Assembly: GCA_028280405.1 (NCBI GenBank)
Contig: JANQLW010000032.1
Location: forward strand, 9,816 to 73,815
Direction of reading: 5' to 3'
DNA length: 64,000 nucleotides
From: Bacteroidales bacterium
GTDB taxonomy: Bacteria > Bacteroidota > Bacteroidia > Bacteroidales > GCA-2711565
The first letter of the stretch is position 1; each line of letters starts with the position of its first letter. The notes beneath the pieces are model-generated. The model was not told the DNA's origin. It ran no database searches and saw only the letters and a program-made list of their open reading frames with translations. The translations under genes and the position numbers were made by a program. Shown here in pieces: positions 48,649 through 58,306 of this stretch.

Positions 48649-50526
48649 ATGAAAACTAAATACTTATCATTTTTACTGGGAATAGTACTTTCATCAACAC
48701 TATTTGCCCAGCATTCAAAAACAGACAAACAAAGATCAACCAACTTTCCAATATTCCCTGAAATTCTAAATACTAATATTCCGGGAGCACCTTTATTAGG
48801 GAAGCCGGTACTGATAAATGGCAAGAAACAGGAGATCCGGGTTGAAAAGCACGGGCTGGCTTACCCGGCCCTTTTTGACTGGGACAGGGATGGAAAAAAA
48901 GATCTTTTGATTGGCGAATTTGAAACCGGCCAAACAGGTTCAAATATCAAAGTATACCTTAACCGGGGATCCAACAAAAAGCCCAAATATTCCGGTGAAT
49001 ACTTTTATGCCCTGAATACTAAAGGCGATACGATTACGACTCACCAGTGGTGATGTATTGGCACACATCCTCAGTTTGTGGATTTAAATAATGACGGCTA
49101 TATGGATATGTTAAGCGGCCAGTACAATCCCGGAAAAATTTCGTGGTGGAGAGGATCGGAAAATGGTTTTCTTCCAAGGGTTTTTGTTGAACAAAAGGGC
49201 TATGTTGAAGGTGCCCAACCGAATTATGATATGGCTCCCTGGGATCCTAAATCAACTAACTATTGGGAATTTACCTCTGCCGGATTTGCAGATTTTAATG
49301 GTGATGGTTTACAGGATTTATTTGTAGGAGGGTTTAGGGAGTTCCGTGTAGCTTTAAATAAAGGGACAAAAACGGATCCGAAATTTGGATTACGTAAATA
49401 TTTGTTAGGGCTTGACGGAGAACCTCTATCTATAAAAAGGTCCGGTAAAAAAGAAATTGAAGAAAGCCGTAAAAAAGGACAGTATCTCAACCTTTCAGGG
49501 GTATCTAAAAGTTTTATAAACCCTGTTGATTGGGATGGTGATGGAGTACTGGACTTACTAATTACCCATTCTTATTCAAAAAAAGGGGGGAATCCCGTTG
49601 AATTTTTTCGTGGTGTTCAAACAGATAAAGGTCTGCGATTTGAGCCCCCTAAGCCTTTATTTACAGCTAAAAAAGGGCAAAAGACTTTCCCGGGCTGTTG
49701 CCCCAATATTAAGGTGGCGGATTATAATAATGATGGGGTGCTGGATTTGATCTTTGGCCTTTCTATTCCAACGATTAATGGGTTTGAAATTGATTCATCA
49801 GTTGCATGGAATTATAATGATAATCTGAAGCTTAATACACCTGGAAAAGATGTAGGCCGACAAATTAAAATTTATAGCAATAAACAAATTGCTGAAATAA
49901 AGAAAAGGCTTGATGGTAACCCTTCTCCGGATTTAAGACGATCGTATATAGGAGATTTGGAAGATAGTAAGTATATCACATTACGTCACCGGGGGTATAT
50001 ATATGTGATGCTGGGGAGAAAGAATCCTGTAAAAGCCGTAGCTGAAAAACTAAAAGCTAAGGCAGAGGTTAAACGAAAGGTCATAAAAAATGAGACCATC
50101 AAAACAGGTGGAGGCAATAGCCCCCTACAATTTGAGGTAAAAGCTCCCCAGCGTATAAAATACAATAAAGAATACCTGGTAGAAGTTGTTATGAATTTTG
50201 ATCAAGGATGGTATGGCTACGCCAATACAAAAGGGAATATTTCCCTTGGTTTAATTCCAACAAAAATTGAGTATAAATTCCCCGAAGGCTTTGAATTGGT
50301 TGGAAAAGCCGTAGAACCTAAACCTCTGCAAAAAAGGGGGACTGATGTGTATCAAAACATGAACCAGGTCTTCTTTCAGAAATTCAAAGTACCCTATATC
50401 CAGGGAAAAGAAGGAACAGGTGAATACACCATTGCAGTCATTGTTCATTACCAGGTTTGTGATGAGAACGGATGTTTGCCGCCAACAAAGGAAAATATAA
50501 AAATGAAAGCTTGGTTATTCTGGTAA
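48649..50526 (+). CDS. Candidate selenoprotein: secreted FG-GAP/VCBS-repeat protein (TGA at 49051-49053, residue 135 of 625) with a DsbD-alpha-like C-terminal domain
   Basis: The same-frame ORFs read ...TITTHQW-U-CIGTHPQFVDLNNDGYMDM... There are five DxDxDG repeats (FDWDRDGKKDLL, VDLNNDGYMDML, ADFNGDGLQDLF, VDWDGDGVLDLL, ADYNNDGVLDLI). The split cuts one repeat. The C-terminus HYQVCDENGCLPP resembles the DsbD N-terminal domain motif. Confidence 0.55.
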
Positions 50527-50736
50527 ATGATAATAAAATAAATAAAAATGATAGCTATGTAAAAAGGTGTGGGCTTCCTTGATAGGATTCCAGGAGCTCC
50601 CCAGGGGGCTCGGAGAACTTCTCTGAGATTCCCCTCTTCCTTATTGAAGACTGAAAGACTAAAGGACGAAAAAATGTTTGTAGTAATAGACCTGATTGCC
50701 TCAGGTAAGTTTGTCAATAGAAGGTATCACATGCAA

Positions 50737-51273
50737 TTATAAAAATGAGCCTAATTCCTTTCTCATAATCTTATAAGCAATGCCAATCTGCGTTTTGACT
50801 GTATTGATGGAAATATTCAGTACTTGTGCAATTTCGGCATATTTGAGTCCGGCTACATTACTCATGATAAATATCTTTCGGCATTTTTTGGGCAGTTTAA
50901 GTAATGCCTTCCTTAGCCTTTTATGTGTGTCTTCTATTAAGCTTTCATCTTCCGAATGAGTTTCTGCTTCTTGTGTTTGACGATATTGTGTAAATACTCT
51001 TTCCACAAAAGAATCATGGTTTATATAATTAATGCAGCTATTTCTCACAGCCTGGCGTGCATAGGATTGGAATGAACCTTTAATAGTTAGTTTGTCCCTT
51101 TTTTCCCAGAACTTGATAAAAAATTCCTGAACAATATCATCTGCCGTTTGATTGTCTCTGATAAAGATAAAAGCATGCTCGCATAGCATTTCATAATGTA
51201 AACGGAACAATGACTCGAATATAGTTTCAGTGATTCCCTGATCGGGATCGATATGTTCATGATTCTTTGTCAA
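50737..51273 (-). CDS. ECF sigma factor, convergent with the end of the SusC/SusD/selenoprotein locus
   Basis: Region 2 DIVQEFFIKFW. Region 4 LKYAEIAQVLNISINTVKTQIGIAYKIMR. Confidence 0.85.
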   Translation of the reverse strand: MTKNHEHIDPDQGITETIFESLFRLHYEMLCEHAFIFIRDNQTADDIVQEFFIKFWEKRDKLTIKGSFQSYARQAVRNSCINYINHDSFVERVFTQYRQTQEAETHSEDESLIEDTHKRLRKALLKLPKKCRKIFIMSNVAGLKYAEIAQVLNISINTVKTQIGIAYKIMRKELGSFL

Positions 51274-51464
51274 AATGGGTTATTAGTAAGTAGTTCGTAT
51301 GTCAAAAATAGTAGATATTAACAGATAAACAAAGTTATTATATAAGTATCTGAATTGATTGGTAAGCATTGAGTAGCTCAACAATGTAACAATTGAGTAA
51401 TGTAACAATTGAACAATGAAACCGTAAATCTTTTTACATCCAACTTACGTTATTTAATTCAGGT

Positions 51465-52514
51465 TTAAGACTCTTGTTTTTTAGGAAAAACCAGTGATGC
51501 AATCATACTTGAACCTAATATTCCCAGCACCACATATAGTGAATGTATGGTTTCAAAGCCTATGTCTTTCAGCCAATGGTGAATAATAAGCTTAACTCCT
51601 ATAAAAGTTAACAGAACAGCCAGCCCCACTTTTAAATAATGGAAATAAGTTATTGCATTCATTAATAAGAAGAATAGTGCCCTTAAACCAATAATGGCGA
51701 AAACATTTGAGAAGAAAACAATGTACGGATCTTTAGTAATAGAAAATATTGCAGGAACTGAATCAACGGCGAAAATCACATCTGTAAATTCAATGACTAA
51801 TAAAACAATAAATAAAGGGGTGATAAATCTTTTTCCATTTTTTTTAATAAAAAATTTTCGTCCTTTATAATTCGGATCAACAGAAAAATATTTAGAAGCA
51901 AAACGGACAACCGGATGATTAGCAGTATCTATTTTGTCTTCTTGATTTCTTCCAATAAACATTTTAATACCGGTATAAATCAATAAACCGCCAAATAAAT
52001 ATAAAGTCCATACAAACTCCTGAATTAAAGCAGAAGCCGTAAAAATGAATAAGAATCTCATTACTACAGCGCCTAATATACCCCAGAATAATACACGATG
52101 ATAATACTGTTTTTCAATTCCAAAAGCCATGAAGATCATCATTATTACAAAAACATTATCTATAGAAAGCGCTTTTTCAATTAAGTAACCTGTAATATAT
52201 TCAAGGCTGAGATTATTTTTATAAAGACGAAGAGCTTCTTCAAAATTTAATCCGGAATAATCTATTGGATGGCCGAACTTATCAATGATCATTTTCAACT
52301 GATCAAATTCTGTAATACCGTGAATGAGTTGACCATTTGTTTTGACTAATACATAAAATCCCAATGCAAATAAGACCCATATAATGGTCCAGATTAAAGA
52401 TTCCTTAGAGGAAATAACATGAGTTTTCTTATTAAACACTCCAAGGTCAATTAATAGAATGGCTAAGATAAAAACTAAAAATAATCCAAAAAATAAAAGT
52501 TCATTCACGTTCAT
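51465..52514 (-). CDS. TerC family integral membrane protein
   Basis: Polytopic protein. The TerC-like start MNVNELLFFGLFLVFILAILLIDLGVF sets the preferred start at 52514. The family call is recalled. Confidence 0.75.
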   Translation of the reverse strand: MNVNELLFFGLFLVFILAILLIDLGVFNKKTHVISSKESLIWTIIWVLFALGFYVLVKTNGQLIHGITEFDQLKMIIDKFGHPIDYSGLNFEEALRLYKNNLSLEYITGYLIEKALSIDNVFVIMMIFMAFGIEKQYYHRVLFWGILGAVVMRFLFIFTASALIQEFVWTLYLFGGLLIYTGIKMFIGRNQEDKIDTANHPVVRFASKYFSVDPNYKGRKFFIKKNGKRFITPLFIVLLVIEFTDVIFAVDSVPAIFSITKDPYIVFFSNVFAIIGLRALFFLLMNAITYFHYLKVGLAVLLTFIGVKLIIHHWLKDIGFETIHSLYVVLGILGSSMIASLVFPKKQES

Positions 52515-52772
52515 TACACAAATATCAAAAATCGATTTACAAAAGTAGCTAAAGATATTTATACTCAATAAAAATATTTCTCAGTTCTTTGATGTTTTGG
52601 GAATTATCTCATAAAGTTTTAGTAAGTTTGGCATCCGGTAGAAATTGTGTGTAAAAACACATTAAAAAACCGGGAATTGCAATTTTTGAATAAAATTAGC
52701 TGCATTTTAGTAGGTAAATTTTCAAAAAAAGCATTTTTGTTAGACTTTTTGTGAATTTTTAGAAAAAAAGAA

Positions 52773-54275
52773 ATGAGTAGAACTATTGAAATGAACCCTA
52801 ATCCGCTGGTTCAATATCTGAACAAATATCCACATGAATTTACAAAGGCTGATTTGATCAAATACATTGAAGATAACGACATTCAGATGGTGAATTTCCG
52901 ATATGTAGGATGGGATTTAAGATTAAAAACATTAAACTTTGTAATAAATGATCGTAGTCATCTGGATGCTATTCTTACTGCCGGAGAACGTGTAGATGGT
53001 TCCAGTTTATTTTCATTTATGGAAGCAGGGTCAAGTGACCTGTATATTATACCAAGATATAAAACGGCATTTTTAAATCCATTTTCAGATATCCCTGCGG
53101 TTGATATATTATGTTCCTATTATACCAAAGATGGAGTTCCTTTTGAAAGCTCTCCGGAATTTATATTAAGAAAATCTCATGAAGCCTTAAAAGAAACAAC
53201 CGGATATTCCTTTGAGGTTATGGGCGAATTGGAATATTATGTAATCAGTGAAAAAGATGATTTGTTCCTTGCACAAGATCAAAAAGGTTATCATGAAAGT
53301 TCGCCTTTCTGCAAATGGGGAGAGATTCGTGAAAGAGCCATGCAATATATTTCATTATGCGGAGGATATATAAAATATTCTCATGCTGAGGTTGGAAACT
53401 TTACAAAGGATAACTTCATCTATGAGCAAAATGAAATTGAATTTTTGCCCACGAATCTCGAAGATGCTGCCGATCAGTTAATCATTGCTAAATGGATATT
53501 ACGTACATTGGCTTATGAATATGGGGTTACAGTGACTTTTGCTCCTAAAATCACTGTTGGAAAGGCGGGAAGTGGATTACACATTCATACTAAATTGATT
53601 AAAGATGGAAAAACTGCTATGATATCAGGAGATTCTTTAAGTGATACTGCTAAAAAAGCAATCGCAGGATATCTTGACCTTGCACCTTCATTGACAGCCT
53701 TCGGAAATACAAATCCGACATCTTACTTCAGGTTAGTTCCTCATCAGGAAGCTCCTACTAATATTTGTTGGGGCGACAGAAACCGCTCTGTATTGGTTCG
53801 TGTTCCTTTAGGATGGTCAGGAAAAAATAATATGATTAAACATGCTAACCCTCAGGAACCGGATATTGACTTCAATTTTCATGATAAACAAACCGTGGAG
53901 TTCCGTTGTCCTGATGGCTCTGCAGATGTGCATCTGTTATTAGCTGGATTAACAGTAGCGGCTCGTCATGGACTTGAAATGAAAAATGCACTTCAGTATG
54001 CAGAGGAAAGATATGTCGATGTAAACATCTTTGAAGATGAAAACAAAGAGACATTAAATAAATTAGATCAATTGCCAACCTCTTGTTATGAATCCGGATT
54101 ACGTCTGGAAGCACAAAAAGATATTTATATGAAATATGGTGTATTCACCGAAAACATACTGGATTGGTTCATAAACTATTTAAAAGATTTTGATGATCAG
54201 AATTTGCGCGCTGAATTAAATGATGATGGCGACAAGATCATGCATATGGTAAATACTTATTTCCATTGCGGATAA
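52773..54275 (+). CDS. glnA: Glutamine synthetase family protein (about 500 aa, type I-like)
   Basis: Beta-grasp N-domain followed by a catalytic domain (HAEVG...QNEIEF, GSGLHIH). Confidence 0.75.
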   Translation: MSRTIEMNPNPLVQYLNKYPHEFTKADLIKYIEDNDIQMVNFRYVGWDLRLKTLNFVINDRSHLDAILTAGERVDGSSLFSFMEAGSSDLYIIPRYKTAFLNPFSDIPAVDILCSYYTKDGVPFESSPEFILRKSHEALKETTGYSFEVMGELEYYVISEKDDLFLAQDQKGYHESSPFCKWGEIRERAMQYISLCGGYIKYSHAEVGNFTKDNFIYEQNEIEFLPTNLEDAADQLIIAKWILRTLAYEYGVTVTFAPKITVGKAGSGLHIHTKLIKDGKTAMISGDSLSDTAKKAIAGYLDLAPSLTAFGNTNPTSYFRLVPHQEAPTNICWGDRNRSVLVRVPLGWSGKNNMIKHANPQEPDIDFNFHDKQTVEFRCPDGSADVHLLLAGLTVAARHGLEMKNALQYAEERYVDVNIFEDENKETLNKLDQLPTSCYESGLRLEAQKDIYMKYGVFTENILDWFINYLKDFDDQNLRAELNDDGDKIMHMVNTYFHCG

Positions 54276-54297
54276 TAAGTAAGTTTTGAAGTTTTCT

Positions 54298-54331
54298 AAA
54301 AGGTGGAGTTAATAAGCTTCACCTTTTTTTT
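54298..54331 (+). terminator. Rho-independent terminator after the glutamine synthetase gene
   Basis: The AAGGTG ... CACCTT stem is followed by a T-run. Confidence 0.6.
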
Positions 54332-54455
54332 ATTTCATTTTGCTACTAGATAATATTTCTTTTGATAATAGGATTGAATAAGTATAACTTTTGTAAAGTT
54401 GAGATACTTCCTTTAATAAATCTAATTTATTTAAAGAAAAAGAAATGGTTGAAAA

Positions 54456-54486
54456 AGTGGTTGTCCGGAATTCCCGGACAACCACT
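54456..54486 (-). terminator. Strong GC-rich hairpin terminator downstream of the murF-alr operon
   Basis: AGTGGTTGTCCGG-AATTC-CCGGACAACCACT is a 13-bp perfect stem. TTTTT follows it on the minus strand. Confidence 0.6.
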
Positions 54487-54635
54487 AAACATGTTGCTAT
54501 TACTGATAAGACGCAAAGTAGACATATTAATCTCTATAATTTGGATGACATGGAAAATCCTTAGCTCCAGTGATTAGGATGATTAAAGGCTTTGATTTCT
54601 ATAGAACAATAAAAGTCAATGATATAACAGAATTT

Positions 54636-57131
54636 TTATTCCTGGTAGTAAACACGTTTTACTCTTTTCCCAATTCCGGTTAGAATTTCATAAGGAATGG
54701 TTTCCATATCTTTTGCAATTTCTGTAATAGGATATTCCTTCCCGAATATGATGACTTCATCACCCTCTTTTGCAGGAATATCACTGATGTCAATCATGCA
54801 CATATCCATACAAATGTTTCCGACAATTGGTGCAAATTTTCCATTCACAAATAGCTTGCCCTGTCCATTGCTTAATTTTCTGCTAATACCATCTGCATAA
54901 CCAACCGGGACAATGGCAATGATCATATCCTTATCTGTAATAAAGTTCCTGCTATAACCGATAGAACCTTTTTCAGGTACTTTTTTAATTTGTGATATAC
55001 TGGATTTTAAAGTAATTGCATTCTCCAAAGCAGGAGTATCATCAGGATTTACTCCAATGCCATACATACTGATACCTAAGCGTACCATGTCAAACTGTGC
55101 ATCAGTAAATTTATTGATGCCTGCAGAATTTAGAATATGAAAAAGTATAGGATGATCAGCAATTTCTTTAAATTTTTCACTCATTGATTTAAACCTTCTG
55201 ATCTGCAATTGTGTAAATTCATCTTGTGAAGGATCATCGCTGGCAGCTAAATGTGAAAAAACAGATTGAACATAAATAGAAGGATTTGATTTTAAGCGTT
55301 CAATGAGTTCATCCAGCTCAGTATCGTCAAATCCAAGTCGGTGCATGCCTGTATCCAGTTTTATGTGGATCTTAACAGGCTTATTATCCGGTATGATATT
55401 TTTTCGAATGGATCTTTCCAGTAGATTCAATATTCTGAAACTGTAAATTTCCGGTTCCAGGTTATGCTTGATCATGGCATCAAAGCCCTGAGCATCCGGA
55501 TTCATTACCATTAAAGGTGTTTTGATTCCTGCTTTCCTTAATTCTACACCTTCGTCAATATAAGCAACTGTTAAATAATCAATCTGATGATATTGAAGCA
55601 GGTTGGCTATTTCAAAACTTCCACTTCCATAGGAAGAAGCTTTAACCATAGCCATAATCTTAGTATCCGGGTTTTTTAATTTTGATCTGAAATAATTAAC
55701 ATTATTTACAACCGAACTCAGATTGATTTCCAGCACTGTTTCGTGAGCCTTTTGTTGTAATGCTTTACTAATATGTTCAAACTCAAATTTACGTGCTCCT
55801 TTGAGCAATATACATTCATTACTGAAACTTCCAAATGGATGTTTACTTAGAAATTCATCAGTTGAAGCATAAAAATATTTTTCAATATTGAAACGATCGG
55901 CTTGCTCAGTAATGGATTGGCCTATACCAATAATTTTCTGAACATCTTTAGCTTCCAGCAAACTATTGATATGATCATATAGGTTTACTTCGTTTCTTCC
56001 ACTTTGAAGTACATCCGAAAGGATCAGGGTTTTCTTTTTGTCCTGCTTTTGCTGAGCCAGAAAATCCAAAGCAATTCGAATGGAATTAATATCAGAATTA
56101 TAGCTGTCGTTGATAATAGAACAATTATTAATTCCTTCCTTCAGCTCGAGCCGCATGGCAATTTGATTCAGTTTGGGAATGCGTTTGGCAACATCATCCA
56201 TGCGATAACCCAAATGCAGCAATGTAGCCCAACAATGAATAGCATTCTCAATAGAGGCATCATCTGAAAAAGGTAAGAGAACATCTTTCTGTTCATTCTT
56301 ATATATTCCGGTTAACTTGCATCCATTAGTGCCTTTTTCTTTATTGGAAATAAAAAGATTGCAATCTTTAGACTTCGTACTCCAGGTAAATGGCTTTATA
56401 TTCTCCAGAATTCCGGAACGAATTACAACTCCTTGGATCTCGGAATGATCAATGCAATAAATTAAAGTGTCTACTTTAGTAAACAATTTTAATTTTTCGC
56501 CGGCCTTTTGTTGCATATTGATAAAACCCTCGTCATGTGCATGGCCGATATTGGTAAATATCCCAATATTGGGTTGAATAATGGCCTGAAGCTTTTCCAT
56601 TTCTTCGGGTTCTGAGATACCTGCTTCAAATATACCCAGTTCATGTTTTGCATTAATTTGCCATACAGATAGAGGAACGCCTATCTGAGAATTATAACTC
56701 TTTGGGCTTCTAATAATATTTTTGTCTTCATTCATTAACTGGTATAACCATTCTTTTACAATGGTTTTCCCATTACTTCCTGTAATCCCAATTACTGGGA
56801 TGTCAAATTTTTTTCGATGACTGGCACCTAATTTCTGAAGTGCTTTGAGTGTATTATCGACTTGAATAAAATTGGCTTTGCTAAATTTATCCGTATCCGG
56901 TAATTGTGATACTACAAAATGCCTGATCCCTCTTTTGTAGAGTTCCTCAATATATTTATGACCGTTATTTTTTTTAGTAATTAATGCAAAGAAAACACAC
57001 TGGCTTGCAGCTATTAAACGGCGACTGTCAATCAAGATATCACTGATCTTTGATTGTGTAGTGCTTCCTTTATGTAGTTGGCCATCAATTATTTCAGTAA
57101 ACTCGGAAATCGCATACTCAAAATTTAACAT
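54636..57131 (-). CDS. Bifunctional UDP-MurNAc-pentapeptide synthetase (MurF) / alanine racemase (Alr) fusion
   Basis: The N-terminal Mur ligase part has the P-loop GITGSNGKT. The C-terminal alanine racemase part has the PLP-Lys region MVKASSYGSG. Confidence 0.85.
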   Translation of the reverse strand: MLNFEYAISEFTEIIDGQLHKGSTTQSKISDILIDSRRLIAASQCVFFALITKKNNGHKYIEELYKRGIRHFVVSQLPDTDKFSKANFIQVDNTLKALQKLGASHRKKFDIPVIGITGSNGKTIVKEWLYQLMNEDKNIIRSPKSYNSQIGVPLSVWQINAKHELGIFEAGISEPEEMEKLQAIIQPNIGIFTNIGHAHDEGFINMQQKAGEKLKLFTKVDTLIYCIDHSEIQGVVIRSGILENIKPFTWSTKSKDCNLFISNKEKGTNGCKLTGIYKNEQKDVLLPFSDDASIENAIHCWATLLHLGYRMDDVAKRIPKLNQIAMRLELKEGINNCSIINDSYNSDINSIRIALDFLAQQKQDKKKTLILSDVLQSGRNEVNLYDHINSLLEAKDVQKIIGIGQSITEQADRFNIEKYFYASTDEFLSKHPFGSFSNECILLKGARKFEFEHISKALQQKAHETVLEINLSSVVNNVNYFRSKLKNPDTKIMAMVKASSYGSGSFEIANLLQYHQIDYLTVAYIDEGVELRKAGIKTPLMVMNPDAQGFDAMIKHNLEPEIYSFRILNLLERSIRKNIIPDNKPVKIHIKLDTGMHRLGFDDTELDELIERLKSNPSIYVQSVFSHLAASDDPSQDEFTQLQIRRFKSMSEKFKEIADHPILFHILNSAGINKFTDAQFDMVRLGISMYGIGVNPDDTPALENAITLKSSISQIKKVPEKGSIGYSRNFITDKDMIIAIVPVGYADGISRKLSNGQGKLFVNGKFAPIVGNICMDMCMIDISDIPAKEGDEVIIFGKEYPITEIAKDMETIPYEILTGIGKRVKRVYYQE

Positions 57132-57139
57132 AAGCGGTA

Positions 57140-58243
57140 TTATTCTTCAGTATCAACTAATGTTTCATCTTCACCATTTCCATTTTCAATCTCAGCTTTT
57201 TGTAATGGATTTTTGGTGATCTGCTCATGCATTTTGCGATTGTTATAAATGTCAATCCCTAAATAAATAGCTTTATGGAACGATTCTGTGGAAGCAATAT
57301 TTTTTCCTGCTAAATCGTAAGCAGTTCCATGAGCAGGAGAAGTTCTGATAATTGGCAAACCTGCTGTGAAATTGACTCCGGAATCAAATGCTAAGGATTT
57401 AAAAGCAATCATTCCCTGATCATGATACATGGCTAATACTCCGTCAAAATTTTTATATGACCTGGATCCGACAAAACCGTCAGCAGGATAAGGCCCAAAA
57501 GCAATGATATCTTCTTCGGCAGCTTGTTTGATAGCCGGAATGATGATTTCACTTTCTTCCTTTCCAAGAAGTCCGTCATCACCAGCATGCGGATTCAGTG
57601 CCAGTAATGCAATTTTGGGTTTACGAATTCCAAAGTCTTTTATCAGGCTATCATGCATAATGCGAACTTTACGCATGATTAACTCAGTAGTTAACCTGGA
57701 AGAAACTTCCTGTAAGGGCATATGCCCTGTAATTACACCTAAACGTAAGTTTTCACAAACCATTAACATTAGATAATCTTCGGTATCAAATTTTTTCGCT
57801 AAATATTCAGTATGGCCTGGAAAATCAAATTGATCTGATTGGATGTTTTTTTTGTTAATAGGTGCCGTAACCATCACATCATATTGCTGGTTCTTTATTC
57901 CTTCAACAGCTTTTTCTAATGATTTAAAAGCGAGTTCACCGGCAATTTGGGTTGATTTGCCCGGTTCAACTTTTTCTTCTTTATCATGAATGCTGATAAG
58001 GTTTGTTCTCTTATGCTGAAGTTTTTCACCATTTTTAATGATGTTTAAATTCAGTTCTTTAGCATTCAACATTTTTTTGAAGTAGCCTGCAATTTTTGCC
58101 GAACCATAAATAACCGGAGTAAACATCTCCAGCATACGGTTATCCGACAAAGATTTAATGATTAATTCATAACTTACTCCATTAAAATCACCATGAGTAA
58201 TTCCAATTCTGACTTTCTTATTTTTATCCTGAGGTTTGTGCAT
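57140..58243 (-). CDS. pdxA: 4-hydroxythreonine-4-phosphate dehydrogenase
   Basis: PdxA-like length and motifs (GITHGD.NG, FPGHTEYL, SPAHGTAYD). Confidence 0.8.
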   Translation of the reverse strand: MHKPQDKNKKVRIGITHGDFNGVSYELIIKSLSDNRMLEMFTPVIYGSAKIAGYFKKMLNAKELNLNIIKNGEKLQHKRTNLISIHDKEEKVEPGKSTQIAGELAFKSLEKAVEGIKNQQYDVMVTAPINKKNIQSDQFDFPGHTEYLAKKFDTEDYLMLMVCENLRLGVITGHMPLQEVSSRLTTELIMRKVRIMHDSLIKDFGIRKPKIALLALNPHAGDDGLLGKEESEIIIPAIKQAAEEDIIAFGPYPADGFVGSRSYKNFDGVLAMYHDQGMIAFKSLAFDSGVNFTAGLPIIRTSPAHGTAYDLAGKNIASTESFHKAIYLGIDIYNNRKMHEQITKNPLQKAEIENGNGEDETLVDTEE

Positions 58244-58306
58244 CTTAACTCATTTTTTGTGTTGCAAATATATGATTTTAAAGGGAATCATATTTGTTAA
58301 AAATGT

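Noticed and set aside
48513-48824. A 103-aa minus-strand ORF.
   Set aside because: It spans the degenerate repeat element and overlaps the signal-peptide start of the FG-GAP gene on the other strand.
40334-49053. The three in-frame TGAs could reflect a reassigned genetic code (TGA = Trp or Gly).
   Set aside because: Conserved Trp positions are encoded by TGG throughout (for example WCGPC and WCKPC). Only three TGAs interrupt coding regions in 64 kb. Two of them sit at the catalytic Cys position of CxxC motifs, where Trp or Gly would destroy the motif. Sec fits better. Genome-wide checks are still needed.
40013-50526. The three split genes could be ordinary nonsense pseudogenes.
   Set aside because: Not fully excluded. 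However, all three use TGA, whereas the true pseudogene at 25996 uses TAG. None has frameshifts or further stops. Downstream parts keep conserved motifs. Two hit the redox Cys position. All three cluster in one redox locus.
50448-50717. An 89-aa minus-strand ORF between the FG-GAP gene and the sigma gene.
   Set aside because: It overlaps the 3' end of the FG-GAP CDS. It has no motifs and its sequence looks non-coding.
51402-51427. GTAAC-N16-CGTAA as an ECF-type promoter for the sigma gene.
   Set aside because: The motif points in the plus direction, into the 3' end of the minus-strand TerC gene and away from the sigma gene, so it cannot be that gene's promoter.
52515-52772. A yybP-ykoY (Mn) riboswitch upstream of the TerC-family gene.
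   Set aside because: Read by eye on the minus strand, this AT-rich leader shows no conserved GGGGAGUAG-type core or four-way junction signature. A covariance-model scan would settle it.
54362-54577. A 71-aa plus-strand ORF with an alternative start.
   Set aside because: It contains the 13-bp-stem terminator hairpin of the murF-alr operon and lies in an AT-rich spacer.
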